This document shows positions 1 through 9,191 of a DNA stretch of 32,000 nt, piece after piece. The notes beneath the pieces are model-generated. The model saw only the letters and a list, made by a program, of their open reading frames with translations. It did not search any database and had not been told where the DNA came from. Source of the DNA: Pseudomonas aeruginosa (lineage in GTDB: Bacteria > Pseudomonadota > Gammaproteobacteria > Pseudomonadales > Pseudomonadaceae). The DNA is taken from the NCBI RefSeq assembly GCF_001457615.1, contig NZ_LN831024.1:1920001-1952000 (forward strand), written 5' to 3'. The translations under genes were made by a program, and so were the position numbers. Position 1 is the stretch's first letter; each line of letters begins with the position of its first letter.

Positions 1-2
1 TG

Positions 3-1154
3 GATGACGAACTGCCGCTGGTCGCCTACTTCGCCACGCCGGCCTCGGTGTTCGGCGGCATCTGCGAGAACCTCGCCGCCGCCGGTCTCGCCGAGCGCAC
101 CCGGGTGGTGCTGGAGAAGCCCATCGGTCATGACCTGGAGTCGTCCCGCGAGGTCAACGAGGCAGTCGCCCGGTTCTTCCCGGAAAGCCGCATCTACCGG
201 ATCGACCATTACCTGGGCAAGGAGACGGTGCAGAACCTGATCGCCCTGCGCTTCGCCAACAGCCTCTTCGAGACCCAGTGGAACCAGAACCACATCTCCC
301 ACGTGGAGATCACCGTGGCCGAGAAGGTCGGCATCGAAGGCCGCTGGGGCTACTTCGACCAGGCCGGGCAACTGCGCGACATGGTGCAGAACCACCTGCT
401 GCAACTGCTCTGCCTGATCGCCATGGATCCGCCCAGCGACCTTTCGGCGGACAGCATTCGCGACGAGAAGGTCAAGGTCCTCCGCGCCCTCGAGCCGATT
501 CCCGCAGAACAACTGGCTTCGCGCGTGGTGCGTGGGCAGTACACCGCCGGTTTCAGCGACGGCAAGGCAGTGCCGGGCTACCTGGAGGAGGAACATGCGA
601 ATCGCGACAGCGACGCGGAAACCTTCGTCGCCCTGCGCGTGGATATCCGCAACTGGCGCTGGTCGGGCGTGCCGTTCTACCTGCGCACCGGCAAGCGCAT
701 GCCGCAGAAGCTGTCGCAGATCGTCATCCACTTCAAGGAGCCGCCGCACTACATCTTCGCTCCCGAGCAGCGTTCGCTGATCAGCAACCGGCTGATCATC
801 CGCCTGCAGCCGGACGAAGGTATCTCCCTGCAAGTGATGACCAAGGACCAGGGCCTGGGCAAGGGCATGCAATTGCGTACCGGCCCGCTGCAACTGAGTT
901 TTTCCGAGACCTACCACGCGGCGCGGATTCCCGATGCCTATGAGCGTCTGCTGCTGGAGGTCACCCAGGGCAACCAGTACCTGTTCGTGCGCAAGGACGA
1001 GGTGGAGTTCGCCTGGAAGTGGTGCGACCAGCTGATCGCTGGCTGGGAACGCCTGAGCGAAGCGCCCAAGCCGTATCCGGCGGGGAGTTGGGGGCCGGTG
1101 GCCTCGGTGGCCCTGGTGGCCCGCGATGGGAGGAGTTGGTATGGCGATTTCTGA
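3..1154 (+). CDS. zwf: Glucose-6-phosphate 1-dehydrogenase (5' truncated by window edge)
   Basis: Frame 3 is open from base 3 ([24 protein letters not shown]...). Contains the [13 protein letters not shown] active-site motif typical of G6PDH. Followed directly by pgl and eda. Confidence 0.97.
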
Positions 1155-1857
1155 GTTGAAGCTGCCGGCCGGCGTCGGCCTGCAGGTCTGGGGCAGCGCC
1201 GCCGAGCAGGCCCGCGGCCTGGCCGCCGAGGTCGCCGGCCGGTTGCGCTCGGCGCTGGCCGAGCAGGGCCAGGCGCTGCTGGTGGTGTCCGGTGGGCGCA
1301 GTCCGGTGGCCTTCCTCGAAGCCTTGAGCGAGGAGCCGCTGGACTGGTCGCGGATCACCCTCAGCCTGGCCGACGAGCGCTGGGTGCCGGAGTCCCATGC
1401 CGATAGCAACGCCGGCCTGGTTCGCCGCCACCTGCTCCGTGGCGAGGCGGCGAAGGCGCGCTTCATCGGCCTCTACCAGCCGGCGGCGAGCCTGGAGGAA
1501 GCGGCCGAGCTGGCCGACCACCACCTGCACGAGCTGCCGTTGCCGATCGACGTGCTGGTCCTCGGCATGGGCGACGACGGCCATACCGCCTCGCTGTTCC
1601 CGAACAGCCCTGGCCTGGACCTGGCGATGGATCCCCAGGGCACGCGCCGTTGCCTGCCGATGTGGGCGCCGAGCGTGCCGCACCAGCGCCTGACCCTACC
1701 GCGCGCCGTGCTGGCGGCGGCGAAGGTGCAGCTGCTGGCGATCCAGGGCCAGTCCAAGCTGGCCACCCTGAACGCCGCGCTGGCGGTCGAGGACGAACGG
1801 CGGATGCCGGTTCGCGCCTTCCTCCGCGCGCCGCTGACGATCCATTGGTACCCCTGA
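1141..1857 (+). CDS. pgl: 6-phosphogluconolactonase
   Basis: [19 protein letters not shown]..., with [14 protein letters not shown] and LADERWV motifs. The start overlaps the end of zwf. 238 aa. Confidence 0.95.
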
Positions 1858-1874
1858 GTGGCGGAGCTGTAGCC

Positions 1875-2537
1875 ATGCACAACCTTGAACAGAAGACCGC
1901 CCGCATCGACACGCTGTGCCGGGAGGCGCGCATCCTCCCGGTGATCACCATCGACCGCGAGGCGGACATCCTGCCGATGGCCGATGCCCTCGCCGCCGGC
2001 GGCCTGACCGCCCTGGAGATCACCCTGCGCACGGCGCACGGGCTGACCGCCATCCGGCGCCTCAGCGAGGAGCGCCCGCACCTGCGCATCGGCGCCGGCA
2101 CCGTGCTCGACCCGCGGACCTTCGCCGCTGCGGAAAAGGCCGGGGCGAGCTTCGTGGTCACCCCGGGTTGCACCGACGAGTTGCTGCGCTTCGCCCTGGA
2201 CAGCGAAGTCCCGCTGTTGCCCGGCGTGGCCAGCGCTTCCGAGATCATGCTCGCCTACCGCCATGGCTACCGCCGCTTCAAGCTGTTTCCCGCCGAAGTC
2301 AGCGGCGGCCCGGCGGCGCTGAAGGCGTTCTCGGGACCATTCCCCGATATCCGCTTCTGCCCCACCGGAGGCGTCAGCCTGAACAATCTCGCCGACTACC
2401 TGGCGGTACCCAACGTGATGTGCGTCGGCGGCACCTGGATGCTGCCCAAGGCCGTGGTCGACCGCGGCGACTGGGCCCAGGTCGAGCGCCTCAGCCGCGA
2501 AGCCCTGGAGCGCTTCGCCGAGCACCGCAGACACTGA
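1875..2537 (+). CDS. eda: KDPG/KHG aldolase (2-dehydro-3-deoxy-phosphogluconate aldolase)
   Basis: MHNLEQKTARIDTLCREARILPVITIDREADILPMADALAAGGLTALEITLRT...; RFCPTGGVSLNN motif. 220 aa. Confidence 0.96.
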   Translation: MHNLEQKTARIDTLCREARILPVITIDREADILPMADALAAGGLTALEITLRTAHGLTAIRRLSEERPHLRIGAGTVLDPRTFAAAEKAGASFVVTPGCTDELLRFALDSEVPLLPGVASASEIMLAYRHGYRRFKLFPAEVSGGPAALKAFSGPFPDIRFCPTGGVSLNNLADYLAVPNVMCVGGTWMLPKAVVDRGDWAQVERLSREALERFAEHRRH

Positions 2538-2556
2538 GACTGCCCGCCTGGGCATG

Positions 2557-2580
2557 CCCGGCTTCGGCCGGGTTTTTTTA
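2557..2580 (+). terminator. Rho-independent terminator after zwf-pgl-eda
   Basis: CCCGGC-TTCG-GCCGGG stem-loop followed by TTTTTTT. Confidence 0.9.
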
Positions 2581-2626
2581 TGCCGTCCGGATTATCCGGG
2601 GCATGGAACGGCTAACGTCATCGGCG

Positions 2627-3064
2627 TTATTCGCCGATGCGCCGGCGTTCCCGCAGATAGTCGCCGAGCCGGCTCTGCAGGTAGGGTACGGCCATGGCAT
2701 GCGCGAGGTAGGCGTCCACCTCCATCAATCGCCAGTATTGTCCTTCGTCGCCGAAGCGGATGGCCTCGAACTCGCGGTCCTCCAGGCGCGCCACCAGGAA
2801 GTAGGCGAAGGGCGCGCTGCCGCTGGTGCTCGGATACTGTCGCTGCCATTCGATACGAGGTTCTTCCAGGCGGATGGAGAACTCTTCCTCGAGTTCGCGC
2901 AGGGCGCATTCGGCAGGCGTCTCCAGGCCCTCACGGCCGCCGCCGGGAAAGTCCCAGTAGCCGGGGAAGGGAATGCCGGGTTTTTCGTCGCGTTTGTAGA
3001 CGACCAGGTGGTCGCCATGGAACAGCGCCAGCTTGGCGCCGCTGAAGGGAGGGATGTCGTGCAC
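2627..3064 (-). CDS. NUDIX hydrolase
   Basis: Nudix-box-like GGREGLETPAECALRELEEEFSI inside the long minus ORF 2627..3796. The GTG start at 3064 (VHDIPPFSGAKLALF...) is inferred; the upstream part of the ORF overlaps rluB antisense and is not protein-like. Confidence 0.82.
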   Translation of the reverse strand: MHDIPPFSGAKLALFHGDHLVVYKRDEKPGIPFPGYWDFPGGGREGLETPAECALRELEEEFSIRLEEPRIEWQRQYPSTSGSAPFAYFLVARLEDREFEAIRFGDEGQYWRLMEVDAYLAHAMAVPYLQSRLGDYLRERRRIGE

Positions 3065-3211
3065 CGGGGCCTCCGGGTGGCGGGGTGGGTGAACCCGGCC
3101 TAGTCTAGCGGGATTGTCCGGGTTTCCGCCCGGGGACGGTGCTTTGTCCTGACGAAGCGCGTATGATGCGCGCCCTTCGATTCGTTGCCAGCCACACCGG
3201 GAGGTGCCCAG

Positions 3212-4372
3212 ATGAACGATACCCCAGAGAATCCCCACGTACCGGTCGGGGAAAAATTGCAGAAAGTCCTCGCCCGTCTCGGCGTCGGTTCCCGGCGCGA
3301 CGTAGAAGTGTGGATCGCCGAAGGCCGGGTCAACGTCAATGGCAGCGTGGCCAGCCTCGGCCAGCGGGTCGACAGCCACGATGCGATCACCGTCGATGGC
3401 CACCTGATCCGTCGCGAAGAGGCCGCCGAGAGTGTCCGTCGCGTGCTGATCTACAACAAGCCGGAAGGCGAGGTCTGCACCCGCGACGATCCGGAAGGCC
3501 GCCCGACCATCTTCGACCGCCTGCCGCGCCTGCGCACCGGTCGCTGGATCAATGTCGGTCGCCTGGACATCAATACCACCGGCTTGCTGCTGTTCACCAC
3601 CGATGGCGAACTGGCCAACCGCCTGATGCATCCTTCCTATGAGATGGACCGTGAATACGCGGTACGGGTGCGCGGCGAGGTCACCGAAGAGATGATCGAG
3701 CGCCTGCTCAACGGCGTGATGCTCGAGGACGGCCCGGCCAAGTTCAGCGATATCCAGCAGGCGCCGGGCGGCGAAGGCTTCAACCACTGGTACCACTGCG
3801 TAGTGATGGAGGGCCGCAACCGCGAGGTGCGCCGGTTGTGGGAATCCCAGGGGTTGGTGGTCAGCCGCCTCAAGCGGGTGCGTTTCGGCCCGGTGTTCCT
3901 GACCTCCGAGCTGACCATGGGCCGCTACCGCGAAATGGACCAGCGCGAGATCGACATCCTCAGCGAGGAAGTCGGCCTCAAGCCGGTGGCCCTGCCGGGC
4001 ATGACCACCAAGGCGCGCGAGAAGGCCGAACGCCAGCAGCGCAAGCAGGCCCGTCCGCTGGCGCGCAGCGAGCGTCCGGAAGCCGGGCGCAAGCGTGCGC
4101 CGCGGCGCGAGGACGGCGAAAATGCCGCTCGTCGCGCGCCGGCTTCGCGTCCCGCGCGCGGTCCGCAGCCGAGCGCCGAGCGCAAGGGGCGCGAGCAGGG
4201 CACTCCGGTTGCCGAGCGGCCCCGCGAGAGCAACCGCAAGCCGCGCCCGAGCAAGCCGCGCGACGAGCGTCCGGCCAGCGCGCCGGGCGACAAGCCGGCG
4301 GCCCGCAAGCCGCAGGTCAAGCGGCGGCCGAAACCGGCCGGCGACGGTATGCGTCCGGGCTTCCGCCGCTGA
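3212..4372 (+). CDS. rluB: 23S rRNA pseudouridine(2605) synthase, RluB family, with long basic C-terminal tail
   Basis: S4 domain ([31 protein letters not shown]) followed by pseudouridine synthase motif [32 protein letters not shown] Shine-Dalgarno upstream. Confidence 0.93.
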   Translation: MNDTPENPHVPVGEKLQKVLARLGVGSRRDVEVWIAEGRVNVNGSVASLGQRVDSHDAITVDGHLIRREEAAESVRRVLIYNKPEGEVCTRDDPEGRPTIFDRLPRLRTGRWINVGRLDINTTGLLLFTTDGELANRLMHPSYEMDREYAVRVRGEVTEEMIERLLNGVMLEDGPAKFSDIQQAPGGEGFNHWYHCVVMEGRNREVRRLWESQGLVVSRLKRVRFGPVFLTSELTMGRYREMDQREIDILSEEVGLKPVALPGMTTKAREKAERQQRKQARPLARSERPEAGRKRAPRREDGENAARRAPASRPARGPQPSAERKGREQGTPVAERPRESNRKPRPSKPRDERPASAPGDKPAARKPQVKRRPKPAGDGMRPGFRR

Positions 4373-4389
4373 GCGGAAAGCGCCCTGGA

Positions 4390-4412
4390 AAGGCCCCTTC
4401 GGGGGCCTTTTT
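4390..4412 (+). terminator. Rho-independent terminator after rluB
   Basis: AGGCCCC-TTCG-GGGGCCT stem-loop followed by TTTTT. Confidence 0.88.
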
Positions 4413-4464
4413 CATGCCTGGGAATCGGTGTCTAATGGTCGCTCGCACACAAGGAGGTGGTGAA

Positions 4465-4842
4465 ATGCACAGGATCCTGGCTATCGCGCTCTGCATGCTA
4501 TGGAGCGTCGCCGGGCTGGCCGCGGATGCGGCGATGCCGGCGCAGAGCTGCGCAAGCCTTGGCGAGGCGACGGCCGGCCCCGAGGACAACTTCCGTCCGC
4601 CGCTGGAGGGCGAGGTGATCGACAAGGGGCGCGCCTATTTCCACAGCGCGCCGCGTGCCGACTGTGTCACCGGGGTCTTCGTGATTCCCGGCGACTTCAT
4701 CACTGTCTACAAGCCGAGCGGCGAGTGGCTGAACGTCATGTACGTGGCTCGAGACGGCAAGGAAACCAGCGGCTGGCTGCTGGAGAAGCGCGTCCGCTTG
4801 CGCCAGGCCTATGGCGGCCCGGACGAGCCGGCGCAGCCATAA
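4465..4842 (+). CDS. Small secreted/periplasmic hypothetical protein (SH3-like)
   Basis: MHRILAIALCMLWSVAGLAADAAMPAQ looks like a signal peptide. AAGGAGGTGG Shine-Dalgarno immediately upstream. 125 aa. Confidence 0.78.
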   Translation: MHRILAIALCMLWSVAGLAADAAMPAQSCASLGEATAGPEDNFRPPLEGEVIDKGRAYFHSAPRADCVTGVFVIPGDFITVYKPSGEWLNVMYVARDGKETSGWLLEKRVRLRQAYGGPDEPAQP

Positions 4843-4948
4843 GAGGCAGGACCTTGGCGGAAACCGTGACTGCGCCGGTGAGAGCCGTTGCTACTGCCGT
4901 CGCCCGATGCGCCCGCTCCGCGCTTCGGGGTGTGCGAGCCGGCAAGCC

Positions 4949-5872
4949 TCAGGCGCAGCGCAGGCGGTTGCGGCCGTCGCGCTTGGCTTCGTAGAGCGCC
5001 TCGTCGACCCGTCGCAGCAGGTCGTCGCTGCCTTCGCCGGGTCGCAGGTCGGCGCAACCGAGGCTGATCGACAGCTTCAGCGGTTCGCCGGCGTGCCGGT
5101 AGTCCAGTTCCTCCACCGCCTGGCGCAGGCGTTCGCCGACCATGCAGGCAGCCTGCAGTGGCGTGCTGGACAGCAGGACGAGGAATTCCTCGCCGCCGAA
5201 GCGGAACACCATGTCGACATTGCGCAGGTGGTCCTTGATGGTTTCCGCCACGGCCTTGAGGGCTTCGTCGCCGACGGCGTGACCGTAGTGGTCGTTGACC
5301 CGCTTGAAGTGGTCGATATCGAGCATCAGCACCGAGAGCGGTTGCAGGTTGCGCCGGGCCAGTTCCAGTTCGCGGCCGAGCGCCTGGTCCATGGCGATGC
5401 GGTTGCCGGTGCCGGTCAGGGCGTCGCGCAGGGCGGTCTGGATCGCGGCGCGATAGAGCAGGGCGTTGCGCAGCGGGAACAGCAGGGTGCCGAGCAGGCT
5501 CTCCAGTTGCCGTTGTTCGTCTTCGCCGAGGCGCTGGCGGCGACGGAAGATCAGTTCGCCGAGGTAGTCGCTGTCATGGCTCAGGCGATAGCTCACCGAA
5601 TGCTTGGCGCTGCTGCCGAACTCCAGGCGCAGGTCGGAGCCCGGATGGCGGTAGCCAAGGGCATCCAGCGGGATCAGTTGGCGGACTTCCTCGAAGAACA
5701 GGCCGAGAATCCGCTCCGCCTCCAGGCTGCTCTGCAACTGTAGGGTCAGTTGCTGGCGCAACTCCGTCAGGTTGCTGGCGCGCGGCCCGCTGGCGTTGCC
5801 GCCGGGCTGGGGGCCGCGCTTCTGCTTGGCGGCGTCGAAATCGATGGTATTGGACTGCTTGGGAGGAGCCAT
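4949..5872 (-). CDS. GGDEF-domain diguanylate cyclase (GGEEF, with RxxD I-site)
   Basis: Contains DIDHFKRVNDHYGHAVGDEALKAVAETI...RNVDMVFRFGGEEFLVLLS. Start chosen at MAPPKQSNTIDFD; the ORF extends upstream to 5992. Confidence 0.92.
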   Translation of the reverse strand: MAPPKQSNTIDFDAAKQKRGPQPGGNASGPRASNLTELRQQLTLQLQSSLEAERILGLFFEEVRQLIPLDALGYRHPGSDLRLEFGSSAKHSVSYRLSHDSDYLGELIFRRRQRLGEDEQRQLESLLGTLLFPLRNALLYRAAIQTALRDALTGTGNRIAMDQALGRELELARRNLQPLSVLMLDIDHFKRVNDHYGHAVGDEALKAVAETIKDHLRNVDMVFRFGGEEFLVLLSSTPLQAACMVGERLRQAVEELDYRHAGEPLKLSISLGCADLRPGEGSDDLLRRVDEALYEAKRDGRNRLRCA

Positions 5873-6070
5873 GCGCGGAACCTCTGGCGCGAAAGACGGC
5901 GACAGTAGGGCTAAGGCGAGTTTCGTGCCAGCCAACTGAAGAACGGAGAAATCAGAGGCACAGACAGGTTTTCCTAGGAATGGTTTCCACATTCTGTAGG
6001 AATTTCGGAGAGATTTCGACGGAATAATGGCGTTTTGCTGGCAAGTGGCCGAGGCGCTCGTCGGAAAGCT

Positions 6071-6092
6071 GGCGCTCCGCTAGCGGAGCGCC
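6071..6092 (-). terminator. Perfect palindrome just downstream of gltS, probable terminator-type hairpin
   Basis: GGCGCTCCGCTAGCGGAGCGCC is a perfect 22-nt palindrome starting 9 nt beyond the gltS stop; only a short TTT follows on the minus strand. Confidence 0.55.
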
Positions 6093-6100
6093 GCCATGGT

Positions 6101-7315
6101 TCAACTGAAGGCGTTGATGAACCAGGTGATCGCCGGGATGGCGACGAGATCGATCAGTACCGCGCCGCACAGGGGCACGATGATGAAGGCCTTGTGCGAG
6201 AACACCCGATAGTGCTCGCAGACCGCGCCCATGTTGGCCACCGCGTTGGGCGTGGCGCCCAGGCCGTGGCCGAGGAAGCCGGCGCAGAGCACCGCGGCGT
6301 CGTAGTTGCGGCCGAGCAGGCGGAACAGCACGAAGATCGTCAGTAGCAACAGCACCGCGACCTGGATGAACAGTACGCCGAGCAGCGGCAGGCCGAGGTT
6401 CTCCAGCTCCCAGAACTTCAGGCTCATCATCGCCATGGTCAGGAAGATGCCCAGGCAGACGTCGCCCAGGGTGCCGACGGCGTGGTCCGGAATGCGCAGC
6501 CAGCCGAGACGGTCGTCGAGGTTGCGCAGGACGATGGCGATGAACATCGCCCCGACATAACTGGGCAGCACCAGGCCCAGGCGTTCCTCGAGCGCGTCGC
6601 CGAGCCAGAAGCCGAGCACCATCACCAGCAGCACGCAGGTCAGCAGGCGCAGCAGGAGATTGCCGTCCAGCGTGGCCGCCGCATGCTGGCGTCGCTCCTG
6701 CTGGCCGAGGGCTTCCAGCCGATTGTCGCTTTCCGCCTGCACCGGCAGGCGGTTGCGTTCGATCAGCCAGCGCGCCACCGGGCTGCCGAGCAGCCCGCCA
6801 GCGACCATGCCGAAGGTGGCCGAGGCCAGCGCCACGGTGGTCGCGCCCTGGGCGCCGAGCCCTTCCGCAACCGGGCCGAAGGCCGCCGCCGCGCCGAAGC
6901 CGCCTTCCAGCGACACCGCGCCGGCCATGATCCCGAGCAACGGGTCGAGGCCGAGCAGTCCGGCGCTGCCGACGCCGATCAGGTTCTGCAGTATCGCCAG
7001 CGCCCAGCAGGCCGACAGGTAGACCAGCAGGGTCTTGCCGCCCTTGCGCAGCAGGCCGAGGCTGCCACCGAGGCCGACGGTGGTGAAGAACGCCACCATC
7101 AGGGGCGTCTGCAGGCTGGTGTCGAGGCCGATGTCGAGCCTGCCGCGATCCCTGAGCAGCCAGACCAGGAAGGCGAAGCCGAAGCCGGCGATCACCGGCG
7201 ACGGTACGCACAGACGTGTCAGCCAGCGGCTGCGCTTCTTCAATTGGCTGCCGAGGGCGAGCAGGAGCAGGGCGAGGGCGGTGGTGGACAGGGCGTCCAG
7301 GTGCAATGTCGGCAT
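6101..7315 (-). CDS. gltS: Sodium/glutamate symporter
   Basis: 404 aa, multi-helix: MPTLHLDALSTTALALLLLALGSQLKKRSRWLTRLCVPSPVIAGFGFAFLVW...; GHGLGATPNAVANM motif of the GltS family. Confidence 0.95.
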   Translation of the reverse strand: MPTLHLDALSTTALALLLLALGSQLKKRSRWLTRLCVPSPVIAGFGFAFLVWLLRDRGRLDIGLDTSLQTPLMVAFFTTVGLGGSLGLLRKGGKTLLVYLSACWALAILQNLIGVGSAGLLGLDPLLGIMAGAVSLEGGFGAAAAFGPVAEGLGAQGATTVALASATFGMVAGGLLGSPVARWLIERNRLPVQAESDNRLEALGQQERRQHAAATLDGNLLLRLLTCVLLVMVLGFWLGDALEERLGLVLPSYVGAMFIAIVLRNLDDRLGWLRIPDHAVGTLGDVCLGIFLTMAMMSLKFWELENLGLPLLGVLFIQVAVLLLLTIFVLFRLLGRNYDAAVLCAGFLGHGLGATPNAVANMGAVCEHYRVFSHKAFIIVPLCGAVLIDLVAIPAITWFINAFS

Positions 7316-7353
7316 GGCGTGGCTCTATTGTTGTTGTGTGGGCGAAAGGGCGA

Positions 7354-8289
7354 TCAGTTGACCAGGCTGTCGACCAGGCGCGCGGCGATCCGGGCGGTGC
7401 GCTGGTCGCTATCGAGTTGCGGGTTGAGTTCGGCGATGTCGGCCAGGCGCAGCTTGCCGCTGGCCTTGGCGCGGCGGACCAGGTGCTCCACCACCGGCAT
7501 CTCCACGCCGTGCGCCGAGGGCGCGCTGACGCCGGGCGCCTGGGCGGCCGGGAGTACGTCGAGGCAAACGGTCAGGTAGAGGTGGTCGACGGATTGCAGG
7601 AAGCCGTCGAGGAAGGCTTCGCTGCGTTCCAGGTTCCACGGCTGCAACTGACGGTCCAGCAGGTAGCGCACACCCAGGCGCTGGGCCTGGTCGAACAGCG
7701 CCGCGGTGTTGCTCAGGCGGCTGATGCCCAGGCAGCAGTAGGCGAACGGCCAGTCGCTGGCCTGGCAGAGTTCGGCGATCTGGCGGAACGGCGTGCCGGA
7801 GCTGGCCCGTTCGGCGTGGCGCAGGTCGAAATGCGCGTCGAAATTGAGGATACCGATGCGCGGCAGGCGCTCATGCCGACTCAAGTGGCGGGCGAGGCCG
7901 GCGAAGCTGGCGTAGGCGATTTCGTGGCCGCCGCCCAGTCCGACCACCCGGTGGCCGCGCGCGAGCAGGTCGGCGACGCGTTGCGCGTAGCATTCCTGGG
8001 CGGCTTCCAGATCGTCGCCGGCGACTATGTCGCCGGCGTCGTAGATCGCTTGCTCGCCGTGCCAGGCCAGGTTGGCCAGCGCGCGACGCAAGGCTGGCGG
8101 TCCGTGGCGCGCGCCCTGGCGACCCTGGTTGCGGCGCACGCCTTCGTCGCTGGCGAAACCGAGCAGCACGCTGGCCGCTTCGGCGTCGTCTGCGTAGGGA
8201 CGCATCCATTGGTGCCAGCGCCGCGCGTCGGCGCCTTCCTGGCTATCGATCCGGCCTTGCCAGAGGCTCATGTCGGGGGCGGGGTACAT
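7354..8289 (-). CDS. Ureohydrolase family protein, formimidoylglutamase (HutG)-like
   Basis: 311 aa with [26 protein letters not shown] and [18 protein letters not shown] motifs. No other hut genes are in the window. Confidence 0.85.
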   Translation of the reverse strand: MYPAPDMSLWQGRIDSQEGADARRWHQWMRPYADDAEAASVLLGFASDEGVRRNQGRQGARHGPPALRRALANLAWHGEQAIYDAGDIVAGDDLEAAQECYAQRVADLLARGHRVVGLGGGHEIAYASFAGLARHLSRHERLPRIGILNFDAHFDLRHAERASSGTPFRQIAELCQASDWPFAYCCLGISRLSNTAALFDQAQRLGVRYLLDRQLQPWNLERSEAFLDGFLQSVDHLYLTVCLDVLPAAQAPGVSAPSAHGVEMPVVEHLVRRAKASGKLRLADIAELNPQLDSDQRTARIAARLVDSLVN

Positions 8290-8304
8290 CGAAACTCCTG
8301 TCGG

Positions 8305-9033
8305 TCAGTCCAGCCGCGCGGAAAGTCGCGCGGCGGCGTCGAGGGTCCATTGCCGCAAGCGTTCGCTGCGCGACTGGGCGCGCAAGGCGGGGGCCATCAG
8401 GCTGAGGGCGCCGTGCAGGCGCTGGCGGCTGTCCAGCAGCGGTACGCTGATGCCCCAGACGCCTTCGTCGATCTCGCCCTGGCTGACGGCGTAGCCCTGT
8501 TCGCGGATCAGCCGGAGTTCCTGCTCCAGCTTGTCGATACGCTCGGCGGAGAGTTCCTGGGCGAGGTACAGCTCCTCGCGCCGTTCGTCCTCCAGGTGCG
8601 CCAGCAGGGCTTTGGCCGAGGCGCCATGCAACAGCGGCTGCGCCAGCCCTTTCTGGTAGCAGCAGCGCAGCGGCTGCGGACTGTCGAACAGTTCCAGGCA
8701 GATCGCCTGCTGGTTGCTGGCCACCATCAGCGCCACGCTCTCCTGGCTCAGGTCGGCCAGGCGCTTGAGTTCCGGTTTGGCGAGACCGATCAGCGAGGCC
8801 TCGCGATCGAATTTCTTCGCCAGTTGCAGGCAGGCCGGGCCGGGCAGGTAGCGGCCCTGGCCGGCCTGTTCTTCGGCCAGGCCCCAGCGCAACAGGGTCT
8901 TCAGGTGCCGGTAGGTGCTGCTCAGCGGCTGCTCCAGGGTCAGCGACAGCTCCTTGGCAGACAGGGCTTCGGGAGCCTGGCCGAGGGCAATGAGGATCTG
9001 CAGCAGGCGATCGGTGGGGGAATGCTTCGACAT
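8305..9033 (-). CDS. IclR family transcriptional regulator
   Basis: MSKHSPTDRLLQILIALGQAPEALSAKELSLTLEQPLSSTYRHLKTLLRWGLAEE... is an N-terminal winged helix-turn-helix followed by an IclR effector domain. AAGGAG Shine-Dalgarno before the ATG at 9033. Confidence 0.88.
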   Translation of the reverse strand: MSKHSPTDRLLQILIALGQAPEALSAKELSLTLEQPLSSTYRHLKTLLRWGLAEEQAGQGRYLPGPACLQLAKKFDREASLIGLAKPELKRLADLSQESVALMVASNQQAICLELFDSPQPLRCCYQKGLAQPLLHGASAKALLAHLEDERREELYLAQELSAERIDKLEQELRLIREQGYAVSQGEIDEGVWGISVPLLDSRQRLHGALSLMAPALRAQSRSERLRQWTLDAAARLSARLD

Positions 9034-9085
9034 GGGAACTCCTTGACCCACAGGGTGAAGGCGATTTCCCGGAAAATGAAACCAC

Positions 9086-9104
9086 TTTCCCACTCAGTGG
9101 GAAA
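9086..9104. promoter_or_regulatory. Candidate operator: 9-bp perfect inverted repeat with 1-nt centre
   Basis: TTTCCCACT-C-AGTGGGAAA lies 53 nt upstream of the IclR gene start; a second smaller repeat TTTCC-C-GGAAA lies at 9065-9075. Confidence 0.6.
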
Positions 9105-9157
9105 AATATGCAAAAAGAATGGGAAGTTCCGGACGGGAAGAGGGAAGGGAAGGACAG

Positions 9158-9185
9158 GGCAGCCTCGCCGGGCGGCGAGGCTGCC
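9158..9185 (-). terminator. Strong GC-rich hairpin downstream of the SDR gene
   Basis: GGCAGCCTCGCCG-GG-CGGCGAGGCTGCC, 13-bp perfect stem, starting 7 nt past the SDR stop. A pyrimidine-rich tract follows on the minus strand rather than a pure T run. Confidence 0.65.
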
Positions 9186-9191
9186 GGGGAA

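Noticed and set aside
1473-2555. 360-aa minus-strand ORF opposite pgl/eda
   Set aside because: Antisense shadow with GC-biased composition.
3838-4464. Extension of the small secreted protein ORF upstream to 3838
   Set aside because: Upstream part is rluB read in another frame and crosses the rluB terminator; the strong AAGGAGGTGG site and signal peptide support the start at 4465.
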